Source: an uncultured delta proteobacterium | GTDB lineage: Bacteria; Desulfobacterota; Desulfobaccia; Desulfobaccales; 0-14-0-80-60-11 | Reading direction: 5' to 3' | Assembly: GCA_963709285.1 (NCBI GenBank) | Contig: CAVPVR010000002.1 | Coordinates: 1,491 to 65,490 of the forward strand | DNA: 64,000 nt | Program-made: the position numbers and the translations under genes | The notes under the pieces: model-generated | Told to the model about the DNA's origin: nothing | What the model saw: only the letters and a program-made list of their open reading frames with translations | Databases searched by the model: none | Shown here: piece by piece, positions 1 to 9,922 of the stretch | Position numbering within the stretch: position 1 is the stretch's first letter | How the letters are laid out: each line of letters opens with the position of its first letter

Positions 1-1529
1 AAAAGGCTAAAACTCGCTTGGTGCCTTCCCGGTCCCTGCGTGGCATGAAGGTCTTGGTGGTGGATGACAATGTCACTTCCCGGGAAATTTTGCAGGAAAT
101 GTTGGAGTCTTTTACCTTTGAAGTCACCCAGGCGGCCTCCGGAAAAGAGGGACTAAGAGAGCTTGAAAAAGCCTCGGCAGACCGTCCCTTTGAGCTGGTG
201 ATCATGGACTGGCAAATGCCGGGTATGGATGGCATTGAGGCTTCCAAGATTATCAAGAACCACCCTCTGCTGAGCAAAATTCCTGCCATTATTATGGTCA
301 CCAACTATGGCCGGGAAGAAATTATGCATCAGGCCGAGAGGGCGGGGCTGGACGGCTTCCTCATCAAGCCGGTGAACCCCTCCTTACTCTTTGACGCGAT
401 CATGCAATGTCTAAGTGAGGGTGTCCCCAGCACTGCGCCTGCCTTCGAGAGGGGAGTGGCTGCGGGAATCGAGTCGCGGCACTTTATCCAGGGGGCCAGG
501 GTGCTCCTGGTGGAGGATAATGAAATCAATCAACAAGTGGCCCTGGAAATCCTGGCCGGAGCCAATATCGAAGTCTCTCTCGTCACCAACGGCCAGGAAG
601 CGGTAAAAGCGGTAACGGAAAACGATTATGATGCCGTGCTCATGGACGTGCAGATGCCGGTTATGGATGGGCACGAGGCCACCCGGATCATTCGCCGCGA
701 TCCTCGCTTCCAAGACCTGCCGATAATTGCCATGACCGCCCATGCCATGGCCGGGGACCGGGAAAATTCGCTGGCCGCGGGTATGAACGATCATATTACT
801 AAACCCATTGACCCCGAAAAACTCTACCGTACCCTGGGCCATTGGCTGGGCAGGTCTACCGCCGTGACAGCCAGAGAACCAGTGGACCAGGAGCCCGCCA
901 GAAGAACGACCGTTGACGAGCCGGTGGAGTTGCCCGACTTGGTTGGCATCAACGTAGACGCCGGTTTGAAGCGGCTCCTGGGCAACAAGAAAACCTATCG
1001 GAGGATCCTCCAGCAGTTCAGGAGAGATTTTCAGGAGGCCGAAGAGACCATCAAGGGCCTGGTTGCTGCTGGGAAGGAATCCGAGGCCGGTGCTCTGGCT
1101 CATACCGTAAAAGGCGCGGCCGGCAATATCGGCGCTGAGGATTTACAGGAGGCTGCCGCCGGCTTGGAAACCTGGTTCAAGGAGAGCGGCACAGGCCTGC
1201 CGGAACCCGGACTTGGTGATTTTACCCGGGAGCTTCGCAAAGTTTTGGCTTCGCTGGCGGTTCTGGAGGAAGAACCAGCACTGCCGCGGGCCGCCGAAGA
1301 TGAAGCGGCCCCGCTGCCGCCGGAGCTGGCCCAAGAAGTGGCTCAACGCCTGCGGGAGGCCGTCGAAACGGGGGATGTGACGGAATTGGCCGGTATTGCC
1401 GCAGAGTTGACCGCCGGGACGGGTAGTGGCGCCCTGTACGGCGCGGAAATTCAGCGGCTGACCGAAGATTTTGACTTTGACGGTTTACTTAAACTTGCCG
1501 GTAAACTGGACCAGACTGCCACCGCTTAA
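1..1529 (+). CDS. C-terminal part of a hybrid sensor kinase / tandem receiver (REC-REC) plus Hpt phosphotransfer protein; the 5' end is probably outside the window
   Basis: ORF 18..1529. The frame stays open back to base 3. Two CheY-like receivers (VLVVDDN...DWQMPGMDG and [11 protein letters not shown]...DVQMPVMDG...TAHA) and an Hpt motif ([12 protein letters not shown]). Confidence 0.8.
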   Translation, partial: KAKTRLVPSRSLRGMKVLVVDDNVTSREILQEMLESFTFEVTQAASGKEGLRELEKASADRPFELVIMDWQMPGMDGIEASKIIKNHPLLSKIPAIIMVTNYGREEIMHQAERAGLDGFLIKPVNPSLLFDAIMQCLSEGVPSTAPAFERGVAAGIESRHFIQGARVLLVEDNEINQQVALEILAGANIEVSLVTNGQEAVKAVTENDYDAVLMDVQMPVMDGHEATRIIRRDPRFQDLPIIAMTAHAMAGDRENSLAAGMNDHITKPIDPEKLYRTLGHWLGRSTAVTAREPVDQEPARRTTVDEPVELPDLVGINVDAGLKRLLGNKKTYRRILQQFRRDFQEAEETIKGLVAAGKESEAGALAHTVKGAAGNIGAEDLQEAAAGLETWFKESGTGLPEPGLGDFTRELRKVLASLAVLEEEPALPRAAEDEAAPLPPELAQEVAQRLREAVETGDVTELAGIAAELTAGTGSGALYGAEIQRLTEDFDFDGLLKLAGKLDQTATA

Positions 1530-1541
1530 GTGGAGTTTTTT

Positions 1542-2924
1542 ATGACCAACGAACAAACCCCATCAGCTAACAATCACAGGCCACCTGAGCAACTATTGCT
1601 GGTGGATGACAATGTCACCAATCTGCAGGTATTGCAACAGACCCTGGATGGCCGGGGCTACAAATTGCTGGTGGCCAAAAACGGACCCGGCGCCCTGACC
1701 ATCGCCCAGAAGGCGAAACCTTCTCTCATTCTCCTGGATATCATGATGCCGGAGATGGACGGCTATGAAGTGTGCCGCCGGTTAAAAGCCGATCCGGAAA
1801 CCCAGGAAATCCCGGTCATTTTTCTTTCCGCCCTGACTGACACCGAAGACAAGGTGAAAGGCCTTGATCTGGGGGCGGTGGATTATGTGTCCAAGCCGTT
1901 TCAGCCGGAAGAGATTATTGCCCGGGTCAACACGCATTTGACCATTAATAGTCTAAAGAGGAGCTTGGCTGAGAAAAATAAAGCCCTGGAAGCTACCAAC
2001 GAAATATTGGAGGAACGAGTCAAGGAGCGCACCGCCGAACTGGCAACACTGAATGCCATCTACGAACGGTTTGTGCCCCGGGAGTTTTTGAGTCTCCTCG
2101 GGAAACAAAGCATCCTGGAGATCAGGCTGGGAGACCAGATAAATCAGCAAATGACCGTCATGTTTGCCGATGTCCGGGGCTGGACCACACTCTCGGAAAG
2201 CATGACACCTCAGGATAATTTCAACTTTATCAATGCGTATCTCAAGAGGGTAGGCCCGGTTATCAATCAGCATTACGGTTTCATTGACCAATACTTAGGC
2301 GACGGGGTGATGGCCCTTTTTCCCGGCAGGCCAGATGACGCAGTGCAGGCGGCTATTGCCATGCACAAGGCGGTGGCAGGCTATAATCGGGAGCGGGAAC
2401 AAGATGGTTTTCAACCGATCGGCATCGGCGTGGGTCTGCATATTGGGGATCTGATGCTAGGCGTTATCGGCACCCAGGAACGTTTACAAGGGACGGTGGT
2501 GGCTGATGCGGTAAATCTAGCGGCCCGCATTGAAAATTTGACCAAGGCCTATGGCTCATCCATCACTGTTAGTGAACAGATAATGGCTCATCTGGAAAAC
2601 CCGAATAATTATAATCACCGTTTTGTGGATAAGGTGCTGGTTAAAGGAAAAGATACCCCGGTTACGGTGTATGAGATATTCGATGGGAACCCTGAGTCGT
2701 TGATTGACTTGAAAAAAGAGACTAAAGCCAGTTTCGAAGAAGGGCTCCGGTTGTATTATGATCGAAATTTTGCCGAAGCCAGCGTCCAGTTCAATCAAGT
2801 GATACAAAAAAATCCCGAAGATAAAGCCGCCCGCATTTATCTCAAACGGAGCGCCACCTATATGGTACAGGGTGTTCCTGAAGACTGGACCGGGGTTGAA
2901 ACTTTGCTAGAGAAAACCAGCTGA
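1542..2924 (+). CDS. Response-regulator receiver fused to a class III adenylate/guanylate cyclase with a TPR-like C-terminus
   Basis: ORF 1530..2924 (GTG); ATG at 1542. REC domain (LLLVDDNVTNL...DIMMPEMDG), coiled linker, cyclase core (VMFADVRGWTTLSE...YLGDGVMALF...VNLAARIE). Confidence 0.85.
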   Translation: MTNEQTPSANNHRPPEQLLLVDDNVTNLQVLQQTLDGRGYKLLVAKNGPGALTIAQKAKPSLILLDIMMPEMDGYEVCRRLKADPETQEIPVIFLSALTDTEDKVKGLDLGAVDYVSKPFQPEEIIARVNTHLTINSLKRSLAEKNKALEATNEILEERVKERTAELATLNAIYERFVPREFLSLLGKQSILEIRLGDQINQQMTVMFADVRGWTTLSESMTPQDNFNFINAYLKRVGPVINQHYGFIDQYLGDGVMALFPGRPDDAVQAAIAMHKAVAGYNREREQDGFQPIGIGVGLHIGDLMLGVIGTQERLQGTVVADAVNLAARIENLTKAYGSSITVSEQIMAHLENPNNYNHRFVDKVLVKGKDTPVTVYEIFDGNPESLIDLKKETKASFEEGLRLYYDRNFAEASVQFNQVIQKNPEDKAARIYLKRSATYMVQGVPEDWTGVETLLEKTS

Positions 2925-2960
2925 TCACCCTCGACTTTACCAAAACATCCCCACGAAATT

Positions 2961-4753
2961 ATGTCCATTGATGCCTACCTGACCCTGGCCATTTTAGCGC
3001 TGACCTTTGTGCTCTTAATCAAGACCAGGATTCCTCCGGTGGCGATCTTTTTGGGGGCGCTGACCCTGACTATTACGTTTCGCCTGGCCCCTCTGGATCA
3101 AAGCCTCAAGGGTTTCGCCAATTCAGGCATGATGACCATCGGGGTGCTCTATATGATCGCCGCGGGCATGTACCGCACCGGCGCCATTACCCTGATCACC
3201 GAAAAGCTCATCGGCCGTCCCAAAAGCTTGCTCGCGGCCCAGGCCAAAATTCTCATCCCGGTGGCCGCAGGCAGCGCTTTTCTCAACAACACGCCCATCG
3301 TGGCCATGTTCATCCCGGTGATCCGGGACCTCTCCCGGGCCCTGCGCCTGGACGCCACCCGGCTTTACCTTCCTCTGAGTTACGCCTCCATACTGGGGGG
3401 GACCTGCACCCTCATCGGCACCGCCACCAACCTGGTGGTGGCCGGCCTGGTCCTGGACTATCTGGCCATGGACCAACAGCACGTGCCTTTGCACCAAATC
3501 GGCATGTTCGAGCTCACCTACATCGGAGTGCCGATCACCCTTGTCGGCATCGCCTTCATCATGCTGACCAGCCGGTTTCTCTTGCCGGACCCCCGGAAAA
3601 CCGACATCACCGCCAGGTTTAAGCGCCTCTATAGTTCAGAATTTGTCGTGAGCCAGAGGTCCCCGTTAATCGGCAAATATCTCGATAAGCTGGGGTTCAT
3701 CGATACGGAGGGGTTTCAACTGGTGACCCTGCAGCGAGTGGACGGCTCGATGGCGGCCATCGAGCCCCACACCAGGTTACAGGCCGGGGATATTCTGTGT
3801 TTCTCGGCCACCTTCGAATCTGTGCCCATTCTCTGGGACACCCAAGGACTGGAACCGGTCTACCAGATTCAGAGGATGGAAACTGAAAGGTCCACCCACC
3901 GGCTGGTGGAGGTGGTGATCTCCCCTCAATGCACCGCCATTGGCAGGGAAATCGCCGATCTGCCCAGGCCTGGCAGCCCCTACCGCGTCTCGATCATCGC
4001 CCTGTCCCGGAACGGCCAGCCGGTTTCGGGACCCCTTTCCGACGTGCGGCTTGAAGCCGGCGACGACGTCATCCTGGAAGTGGATGAAACCTTCTTCCAC
4101 GAGAACTTGAATGAGGTGGAGTTTTTGCTGACCAAGCGGCTCACCGGGGTCCGGTTCAAACGCTATGATCGCGCCCTGACCGCCACCCTGATCACCGCGG
4201 CCATGGTCCTGGTAGCCGCCCTGGGCTGGATGAGCATGTTGAATGCGGCGCTGTTGGCCACCGGTGCCATGCTTTTAACCGGGTGCATGACCTTGAGATG
4301 GGCCGGGCGCAGCGTGGAATTCCCTATCCTGATTATCATCGCCAGCGCCATGGGGCTGGAAGCGGCCGTGACGGAAAGCGGACTGGCGATGACCATTGCC
4401 GATCTGCTGCTCCGGATTGGCGGCAGAGACCCTTACGTGGCCATCACCATGGTTTTCCTGGGCTGCATCGCTCATGGACACATTGGTCACCAATGTGGCT
4501 TCCGCGGTGTTCATGTTCCCCATTGCCATCGATATGGCAGCCGCCCTGGGGGTGAATGGCATGCCCTTCGTGATGACCCTTATGGTGGGAGCCTCGTGCA
4601 GCTTTATCTCGCCCATGGGATACCAGACCAATTTGATGGTCTACGAGCCGGGGAGCTATCGCTTTCACCGATTTCGTCAAAATCGGTGTGCCTTTGACCA
4701 TAGTGGTGGGAATCGTGACCATCGCCCTGGTGCCTCGCGTCTGGCCGTTTTAA
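2961..4753 (+). pseudogene. SLC13/DASS (CitT/ArsB superfamily) anion permease with central TrkA-C domains, interrupted by two +1 frame disruptions
   Basis: Frame of 2961 is conserved to about 4470. It continues in the frame of ORF 4396..4779 (LMDTLVTNVASAVFMFPIAIDMAAALGVNGMPFVMTLMVGASCSFISPMGYQTNLMVYEPGSYRF). It then moves to a third frame from about 4664 (TDFVKIGVPLTIVVGIVTIALVPRVWPF, stop 4751..4753). Confidence 0.8.
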
Positions 4754-4977
4754 AAAATTTTTTTCTGATTTTCCCTTAACTTTGAAGCTCATACCAGGTT
4801 GCACTCAAGCAGGTAATATTAAGAAAATTTCAGGTTCAATTTTTCTTCAGGCCGGTGGCACAGGCGTCTCTTCTCAAGCAGGCGCAGGCTAAAGCCTGCG
4901 ACTACAAAAAAATTCCTTCATGATTGCAACTCTGTATTAGTTCCCCTGAGCAGTTTGGCGCAATGGGTTTCCGAAAA

Positions 4978-5020
4978 GCCCCCTCCCTTTGATGGGAAGG
5001 GGTTGGGGGGAGGGTGGTGA
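4978..5020. repeat. G/C-tract intergenic repeat, partial copy
   Basis: gccccctccctttgatgggaaggggttggggggagggtgg. It shares the AAGGGGTTGGGGG core with copies at 32575, 53305 and 60796. Confidence 0.5.
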
Positions 5021-5118
5021 GTTGAAGGTTGACGATTTGCTAGCCATTTTTCGGGGAAAGAAATTCGTTGGCTGGGGGCGTGGGATTCAGAGTAGGTAGC
5101 CTTACCCAGTTCAGATTT

Positions 5119-5814
5119 TTACCAGAATTTTAATCTACGCTTAATCTTGTCCCAAGCGCTGGGGGGCGGCGCCGGCTTCTTTTCTTTGGGCTTCTCTTCC
5201 TGAACTTCTTCTCCAGGTGACTTTTTCTCCTCGTTGGGCGAAGTTTTCACCTGGTCTGCCGTGACGGGAGGAGGGATGATCAATTCCGCCGGCTTCTCGG
5301 CAGGACTGGGCGCTGGGGCTTGAGATTCCGGACCCGCAGCCTTGGCCGCAACGGGGGTGGCCGCTGGCGGCGTCGGGCTCTTGTCGCTCTTCTTTTCTGG
5401 CGGGGGCGGACCGGGCGGCGGGACCCATCTGGCTTGCCTTCTTACTCTTATTCTGGGCTTCTTATAGGCAGTCACTTCCCCTAGGCGCAACTGTGACTTG
5501 AGGAAGTGCAGGCGCCAGTCCACCATGGTGTTCAGCCCCACGTAGAGGGCCTGGCCCCCAATGTGGGCCTTCAGGAAGAGATAGCGGCAGAAGGCCCGTT
5601 CGAACTTGCCCGCCCGCAGGAGGTCTTCGGTGTCTTCATAGAACTTGAGGGCGCCGCCGGTCCGTAACTCCTCCCCGAACTGCCTGACGTCACTCCCGTC
5701 CCGGGCGCTGGGCTTGTTCACTCCGTCGGCCCACACCGGCACTACTCCCGGACCCAGAACCAGCAGGGCCCCCAGGGCCAGGGCAACCCCCCAAAACTTC
5801 CTCAACGTGAACAT
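5119..5814 (-). CDS. Secreted hypothetical protein with a Pro/Lys/Glu-rich low-complexity C-terminus
   Basis: ORF 5119..5883. The likely start is the internal ATG at 5814 (MFTLRKFWGVALALGALLVLGPG, signal-peptide-like). No family recognised. Confidence 0.55.
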   Translation of the reverse strand: MFTLRKFWGVALALGALLVLGPGVVPVWADGVNKPSARDGSDVRQFGEELRTGGALKFYEDTEDLLRAGKFERAFCRYLFLKAHIGGQALYVGLNTMVDWRLHFLKSQLRLGEVTAYKKPRIRVRRQARWVPPPGPPPPEKKSDKSPTPPAATPVAAKAAGPESQAPAPSPAEKPAELIIPPPVTADQVKTSPNEEKKSPGEEVQEEKPKEKKPAPPPSAWDKIKRRLKFW

Positions 5815-6053
5815 TTTTCCTTTATGGGCGTTCTCGGCAGCCCCGGAGAAAAACTTGAAGGGCAAGGCGGCGCAGCAGTCCAAAATTCAGACATTTTTTT
5901 AAAAAAATGCGCCATTTTGGTTTAAGTCAAAGGGCCGCTGGAAAATCATGGTTACGATGCTTATATAAAGACCTAGTAACTTCACGCCCCCGCTCCCGGG
6001 TGGGGCGGCAAGATGTTCGGAAACTACCTTAACCCAGTCAGGAGGACATACGC

Positions 6054-7682
6054 ATGTTTTGTTATCAGTGTGAGCAAACGGCCAAAGGCGAAGGGTGCAC
6101 CGTCCTGGGAGTATGCGGCAAGAACCCCCAGGTGGCCGCGCTCCAGGATCTGTTAATTTACTCGCTGCAGGGTCTGTCCCAGGTGGCGGTGGCCGGCCGG
6201 CAAGTGGGCGTCAGTGACCCTGAGGTCAACGTCTTCACTTTGCAAGCCGCCTTTTCCACCCTCACCAACGTGGACTTTGACCCCCAGCGCTTCGTCGCGT
6301 GGATCAACCAGTGCGTGGCACACCGGGAAAAGCTCAAGGCCAAGGTGAAGGCCGCGGGGGGCCAGGCCGATTTCCCTGCCGGCCCCGCCACCTTCCAGCC
6401 CAAGGGCACGGTGGACGAACTGGTGGCCCAGGGCGAAGAGCATGGCCTGAAATCCTACCCCGCCCCTGATGCCGACGCCATGTCCTTGAAGCACATCTTG
6501 CTGTTCGGGGTCAAAGGGGTGTGCGCCTACGCCGACCACGCCCAGATTCTGGGACAGGAAGACGAGGCAGTTTATGCCTTCATCCACGAAGGCCTGGCCG
6601 CCACCGCCGATCCCAACCTGGGGATCCCCGACCTCTTGCCCCTGGTCCTCAAGTGCGGCGAGATCAACCTGAGGGCCATGGAACTCCTGGACGCCGGCAA
6701 TACCGGCCGGTACGGCCAACCGGTGCCCACCCAGGTGCCTCTGGGACACAAGAAAGGCAAGGCCATCCTGGTCTCCGGGCATGATCTCCTGGACATCGAG
6801 GAGATCCTCAAGCAGAGCGAAGGCAAGGGCATCTACGTGTACACCCACGGGGAGATGCTCCCCACCCACGCCTACCCGGAGCTCAAGAAGTATCCCCATT
6901 TTTACGGGCATTTCGGCACCGCCTGGCAGAACCAGATCAAGGAGTTCCCCGAGTTCCCCGGCCCCATCGTCATGACCACCAACTGTATCCAGAAGCCCAA
7001 GGATGAATATACCGACCGGATTTTCACCCGGGGCCTGGTGGGCTGGCCCGGCATCAAACACATCCCGGATCTCAACTTTGCGCCGGTGATCCAGAAGGCC
7101 CTGGAGCTTCCAGGGTTTCCCGATGACACCAACGGCAAGAGCGTCATGGTGGGCTTTGGCCGCAACACCGTCATGGGGGTGGCCGACAAGGTCATCGACG
7201 CGGTCAAGGGTGGAGCCATCAAGCACTTCTTCCTGGTGGGCGGTTGTGACGGCGCCAAGCCGGGGCGGAGCTACTACACCGAGTTCGTGGAAAAAACCCC
7301 CAAGGACACCGTGGTCCTCACTCTGGCCTGTGGCAAGTTCCGCTTCTTCGACAAGGACCTGGGCGATATCGGCGGCATCCCGCGGCTCCTGGATGTGGGC
7401 CAGTGCAACGACGCCTACTCCGCCATACAGATTGCGGTGGCCTTGGCCAACGCCTTCGGGGTGGGGGTGAACGACCTGCCCTTGTCCATCATCTGTTCCT
7501 GGTACGAGCAAAAGGCGGTGGCCATTCTCCTGACCCTCTTGCACCTGGGCATCAAAGACATCCGTTTAGGCCCGAGTCTCCCGGCCTTCGTCACTCCCAA
7601 CGTCTTGGACGTGCTGGTAAAAAACTTTGACATCAAGCCCATCTCCACTCCGGATGAGGACCTGAAGACCATCTTGGGCTAA
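6054..7682 (+). CDS. hcp: Hybrid-cluster protein / hydroxylamine reductase
   Basis: 542 aa. Diagnostic N-terminus MFCYQCEQTAKGEGCTVLGVCGK and full-length Hcp-like sequence. AGGAGG-type RBS (caggaggac) upstream. Confidence 0.97.
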   Translation: MFCYQCEQTAKGEGCTVLGVCGKNPQVAALQDLLIYSLQGLSQVAVAGRQVGVSDPEVNVFTLQAAFSTLTNVDFDPQRFVAWINQCVAHREKLKAKVKAAGGQADFPAGPATFQPKGTVDELVAQGEEHGLKSYPAPDADAMSLKHILLFGVKGVCAYADHAQILGQEDEAVYAFIHEGLAATADPNLGIPDLLPLVLKCGEINLRAMELLDAGNTGRYGQPVPTQVPLGHKKGKAILVSGHDLLDIEEILKQSEGKGIYVYTHGEMLPTHAYPELKKYPHFYGHFGTAWQNQIKEFPEFPGPIVMTTNCIQKPKDEYTDRIFTRGLVGWPGIKHIPDLNFAPVIQKALELPGFPDDTNGKSVMVGFGRNTVMGVADKVIDAVKGGAIKHFFLVGGCDGAKPGRSYYTEFVEKTPKDTVVLTLACGKFRFFDKDLGDIGGIPRLLDVGQCNDAYSAIQIAVALANAFGVGVNDLPLSIICSWYEQKAVAILLTLLHLGIKDIRLGPSLPAFVTPNVLDVLVKNFDIKPISTPDEDLKTILG

Positions 7683-7704
7683 AATGAGACCGTTGTGAAA
7701 GAAT

Positions 7705-7751
7705 CTTGAGGGGCGGGCCGGGGGACCACAAGCCCCCCGCCCTCCCCTCAA
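7705..7751. repeat. G/C-tract palindromic repeat (hairpin form)
   Basis: cttgaggggcgggccgggggaccacaagccccccgccctcccctcaa. The left 40 nt, including upstream gttgtgaaagaat, is near-identical to 20503..20540. Confidence 0.7.
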
Positions 7752-7776
7752 ACTCCCCCCTTAACCCTTCGAAAAA

Positions 7777-7799
7777 TCGAGGCCCATGCCTCGATTTTT
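7777..7799 (+). terminator. Rho-independent terminator downstream of hcp
   Basis: tcgaggc-ccat-gcctcga stem-loop followed by ttttt, preceded by aaaaa (could work in both directions). Confidence 0.6.
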
Positions 7800-7810
7800 C
7801 CATTATATTT

Positions 7811-7865
7811 TAAGGGCTTGGGGGAAGGAGGCCGGGGTATGCCACCCCCAGCCCCCTTTCCTAAA
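7811..7865. repeat. G/C-tract repeat, divergent copy
   Basis: taagggcttgggggaaggaggccggggtatgccacccccagccccctttcctaaaa. Confidence 0.5.
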
Positions 7866-8004
7866 ATATAGGCACAACAATCTTAATGTATTGATTTTAG
7901 ATGAGGCCCTTGTCAGCGGCCCGGGTGCGACCTAAAGTATGCCTAGTGTGCGTACGGAGCTGTTTTAATTTTCCTCAACCAGAAAAAGGGAACAACTGAA
8001 GATC

Positions 8005-8421
8005 ATGGCAAGAACCTTGTCTATGAAAGATTTGTCCCTGACGTTCGCAGCCGGCGTCCTAGGCGGCCTGGCCAACAGCCTGACGGTCTGGCTGTTCGGC
8101 GCCGTGGGCCTCAACCAGCTCCTGGGGGTGGCCTTAGCCCCCAAGCTCACCCTTGCCTGGCTGTATCCCCGGCTGGTGTGGGGCGGCCTCTGGGGCTGGC
8201 TCTTTCTTCTCCATCTCCCCAAGCTCACCTATCCCTCCCGGGGATACATCTTCAGCCTGGGGCCCTCCCTGGTGCAGATTTTTGTGGTCTTCCCCCTCCA
8301 AGCCCAAAAAGGGGTGGGAGGCGTTGAACTCGGCTACCTCATGCCGTTTCTGGTGCTGTTTTTTAATGCCGTCTGGGGCCTGGTGACCGCCCTTTGGCTG
8401 AAATGGTCCAGATCCAGCTGA
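8005..8421 (+). CDS. Small integral membrane protein, hypothetical
   Basis: 138 aa with about 4 hydrophobic helices (GVLGGLANSLTVWLFGAVGL..., LVWGGLWGWLFLL). No family recognised. Confidence 0.5.
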   Translation: MARTLSMKDLSLTFAAGVLGGLANSLTVWLFGAVGLNQLLGVALAPKLTLAWLYPRLVWGGLWGWLFLLHLPKLTYPSRGYIFSLGPSLVQIFVVFPLQAQKGVGGVELGYLMPFLVLFFNAVWGLVTALWLKWSRSS

Positions 8422-8694
8422 ACTGGTAAATATCCCCGGTTATTTCTTGAAAACCTGAGCTTCATCCGGCGGGATTTCTCTGTGAAGGGGCCATAGTGAA
8501 TGATCTTGCCACAATTCCTTTCCCCTCGGCAGGGACTGTAACTGTTTGGCTGCCCTACTCCCCTGAAACCTTCCTTGCCACCCCTGATTAATTCTCCTAT
8601 AATCGCCTTAATTCAAGGTGCCAAAGGAAGTGCGTGGCTGCCCCGGCGAGGCCCATTCACTTCAGGTATGCTGGACATTTTTTGGGAGGAGACT

Positions 8695-9219
8695 ATGCTG
8701 AGAGGGAAGTTGTCTGGAGCATTACTGACGGTAGGCGTGGCAATACTCATGCTGGGGGGATTTCCTCTCCTCGCCCAAGCCCAACCGGTGCATTTCAAGG
8801 AACTCATGGCCATCCTGGCCATCGATCCGCCCAAGGACTGGAAGGTGTCAGAAAAACCCAAAGGCACCACGCTCAAGTCCCCGGTGCAGATGAGTGAGGC
8901 AGAAGTGGAATTTCGGTCCGGTGACCAGAAAAAAATTGAAATCAAAATCGTCGACGGTCTCGGGGGCATGCTTCCTTTTGTCGGCATGGCTCAGGGCATG
9001 GAGATGGAAAGTAGCGAAGAGTACATGAAACCTATCGAGGTTCAGGGCTTCAAGGGTACGGAAAACTTTAAATATAAGGACAAGAAGGGGGAGATTACCT
9101 TACCGGTGGCCAACCGTTTCCTGGTCACCATTGAAGGGAGGGGGATGGACAACACCGAGGTCATGAAGGAAGTGGCCGGCAAATTGGACCTCAAGAAGCT
9201 GGCCGGCTTGGCCAAGTGA
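8695..9219 (+). CDS. Secreted hypothetical protein
   Basis: ORF 8575..9219. Internal ATG at 8695 is preceded by GGGAGGAG and gives a signal peptide (MLRGKLSGALLTVGVAILMLGGFPLLAQAQP). Confidence 0.55.
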   Translation: MLRGKLSGALLTVGVAILMLGGFPLLAQAQPVHFKELMAILAIDPPKDWKVSEKPKGTTLKSPVQMSEAEVEFRSGDQKKIEIKIVDGLGGMLPFVGMAQGMEMESSEEYMKPIEVQGFKGTENFKYKDKKGEITLPVANRFLVTIEGRGMDNTEVMKEVAGKLDLKKLAGLAK

Positions 9220-9353
9220 AAAATACCTGGCCTTTCCCGGTTTCAAGGAACCGGTCCTGGTGGTCGATATACCCCTATGATTCCGGAGAGCGGAATGGCA
9301 TGGGGCCGTGCTGGGGCCCATTCTCTTAACTCTTGTCTCAAGAGGCTTGATCC

Positions 9354-9911
9354 ATGATACCGCTTTTAATTATTCTTGGCGTGGTTCTCACCGTGTTTCT
9401 TTTGGGAGTGACCCAGTATAACCGCCTGGTGCGCAGCAAGCAGATGACCCAGGAGGGCTTGAGCGGCATTGACGTCCAACTCAAGCGCCGGGCCGATCTC
9501 ATCCCCAACCTCTTGGAGACGGTCAAGGGCTATATGGGTCATGAGCGCCAGGTCCTGGAAAAGGTGACGGAGCTCAGGGCTAAGAGCCTCCAGGCCGGCT
9601 CACTGGCTGAAAAGGGCCAGGCCGAAGGCCTGCTGTCCCGGGCCCTGGGGAACCTGTTTGCGGTGGCGGAAAACTATCCCGACCTCAAGGCTAGCCAGAA
9701 TTTCATCGAGCTGCAGAACTCCCTGGCCGAAATCGAGGAGCAGATACAACTTTCCCGGCGTTATTATAACGGCGCCGCCCGCAACCTGAACATCCTGGTG
9801 GATTCCTTTCCCAGCAATATCGTGGCCCGGATGTTCGGCTTCACCTCGGTGGAATACTTCGAACTGGAAGACCAGGGCGACCGGGCCGTGCCTCAGGTGA
9901 GTTTCGCTTAG
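9354..9911 (+). CDS. lemA: LemA family protein
   Basis: 185 aa. N-terminal TM helix, then the typical LemA sequence (YNRLV...IDVQLKRRADLIPNLLETVKGY...ENYPDLKA...RRYYN). Confidence 0.9.
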   Translation: MIPLLIILGVVLTVFLLGVTQYNRLVRSKQMTQEGLSGIDVQLKRRADLIPNLLETVKGYMGHERQVLEKVTELRAKSLQAGSLAEKGQAEGLLSRALGNLFAVAENYPDLKASQNFIELQNSLAEIEEQIQLSRRYYNGAARNLNILVDSFPSNIVARMFGFTSVEYFELEDQGDRAVPQVSFA

Positions 9912-9922
9912 GAGATAGCACC

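Noticed and set aside
1527-1541. A same-frame junction between the REC-REC-Hpt ORF (stop at 1527..1529) and the next ORF (GTG at 1530), suggesting a single fused protein.
   Set aside because: A clean TAA stop is followed 12 nt later by an ATG that starts a complete receiver domain. Two genes is the simpler reading.
6153-7544. Long antisense ORFs opposite well-supported genes. They are 6153..7544 opposite hcp, 40661..41881 opposite aprA, 42564..43529 opposite qmoA, 44078..45751 opposite qmoB, 48420..49820, 58918..60030, 10286..11017 and 11045..11917.
   Set aside because: These are typical shadow ORFs of GC-rich DNA. Their translations are Gly/Arg/Pro/His-rich with no family resemblance, while the opposite strand encodes clearly recognisable proteins.
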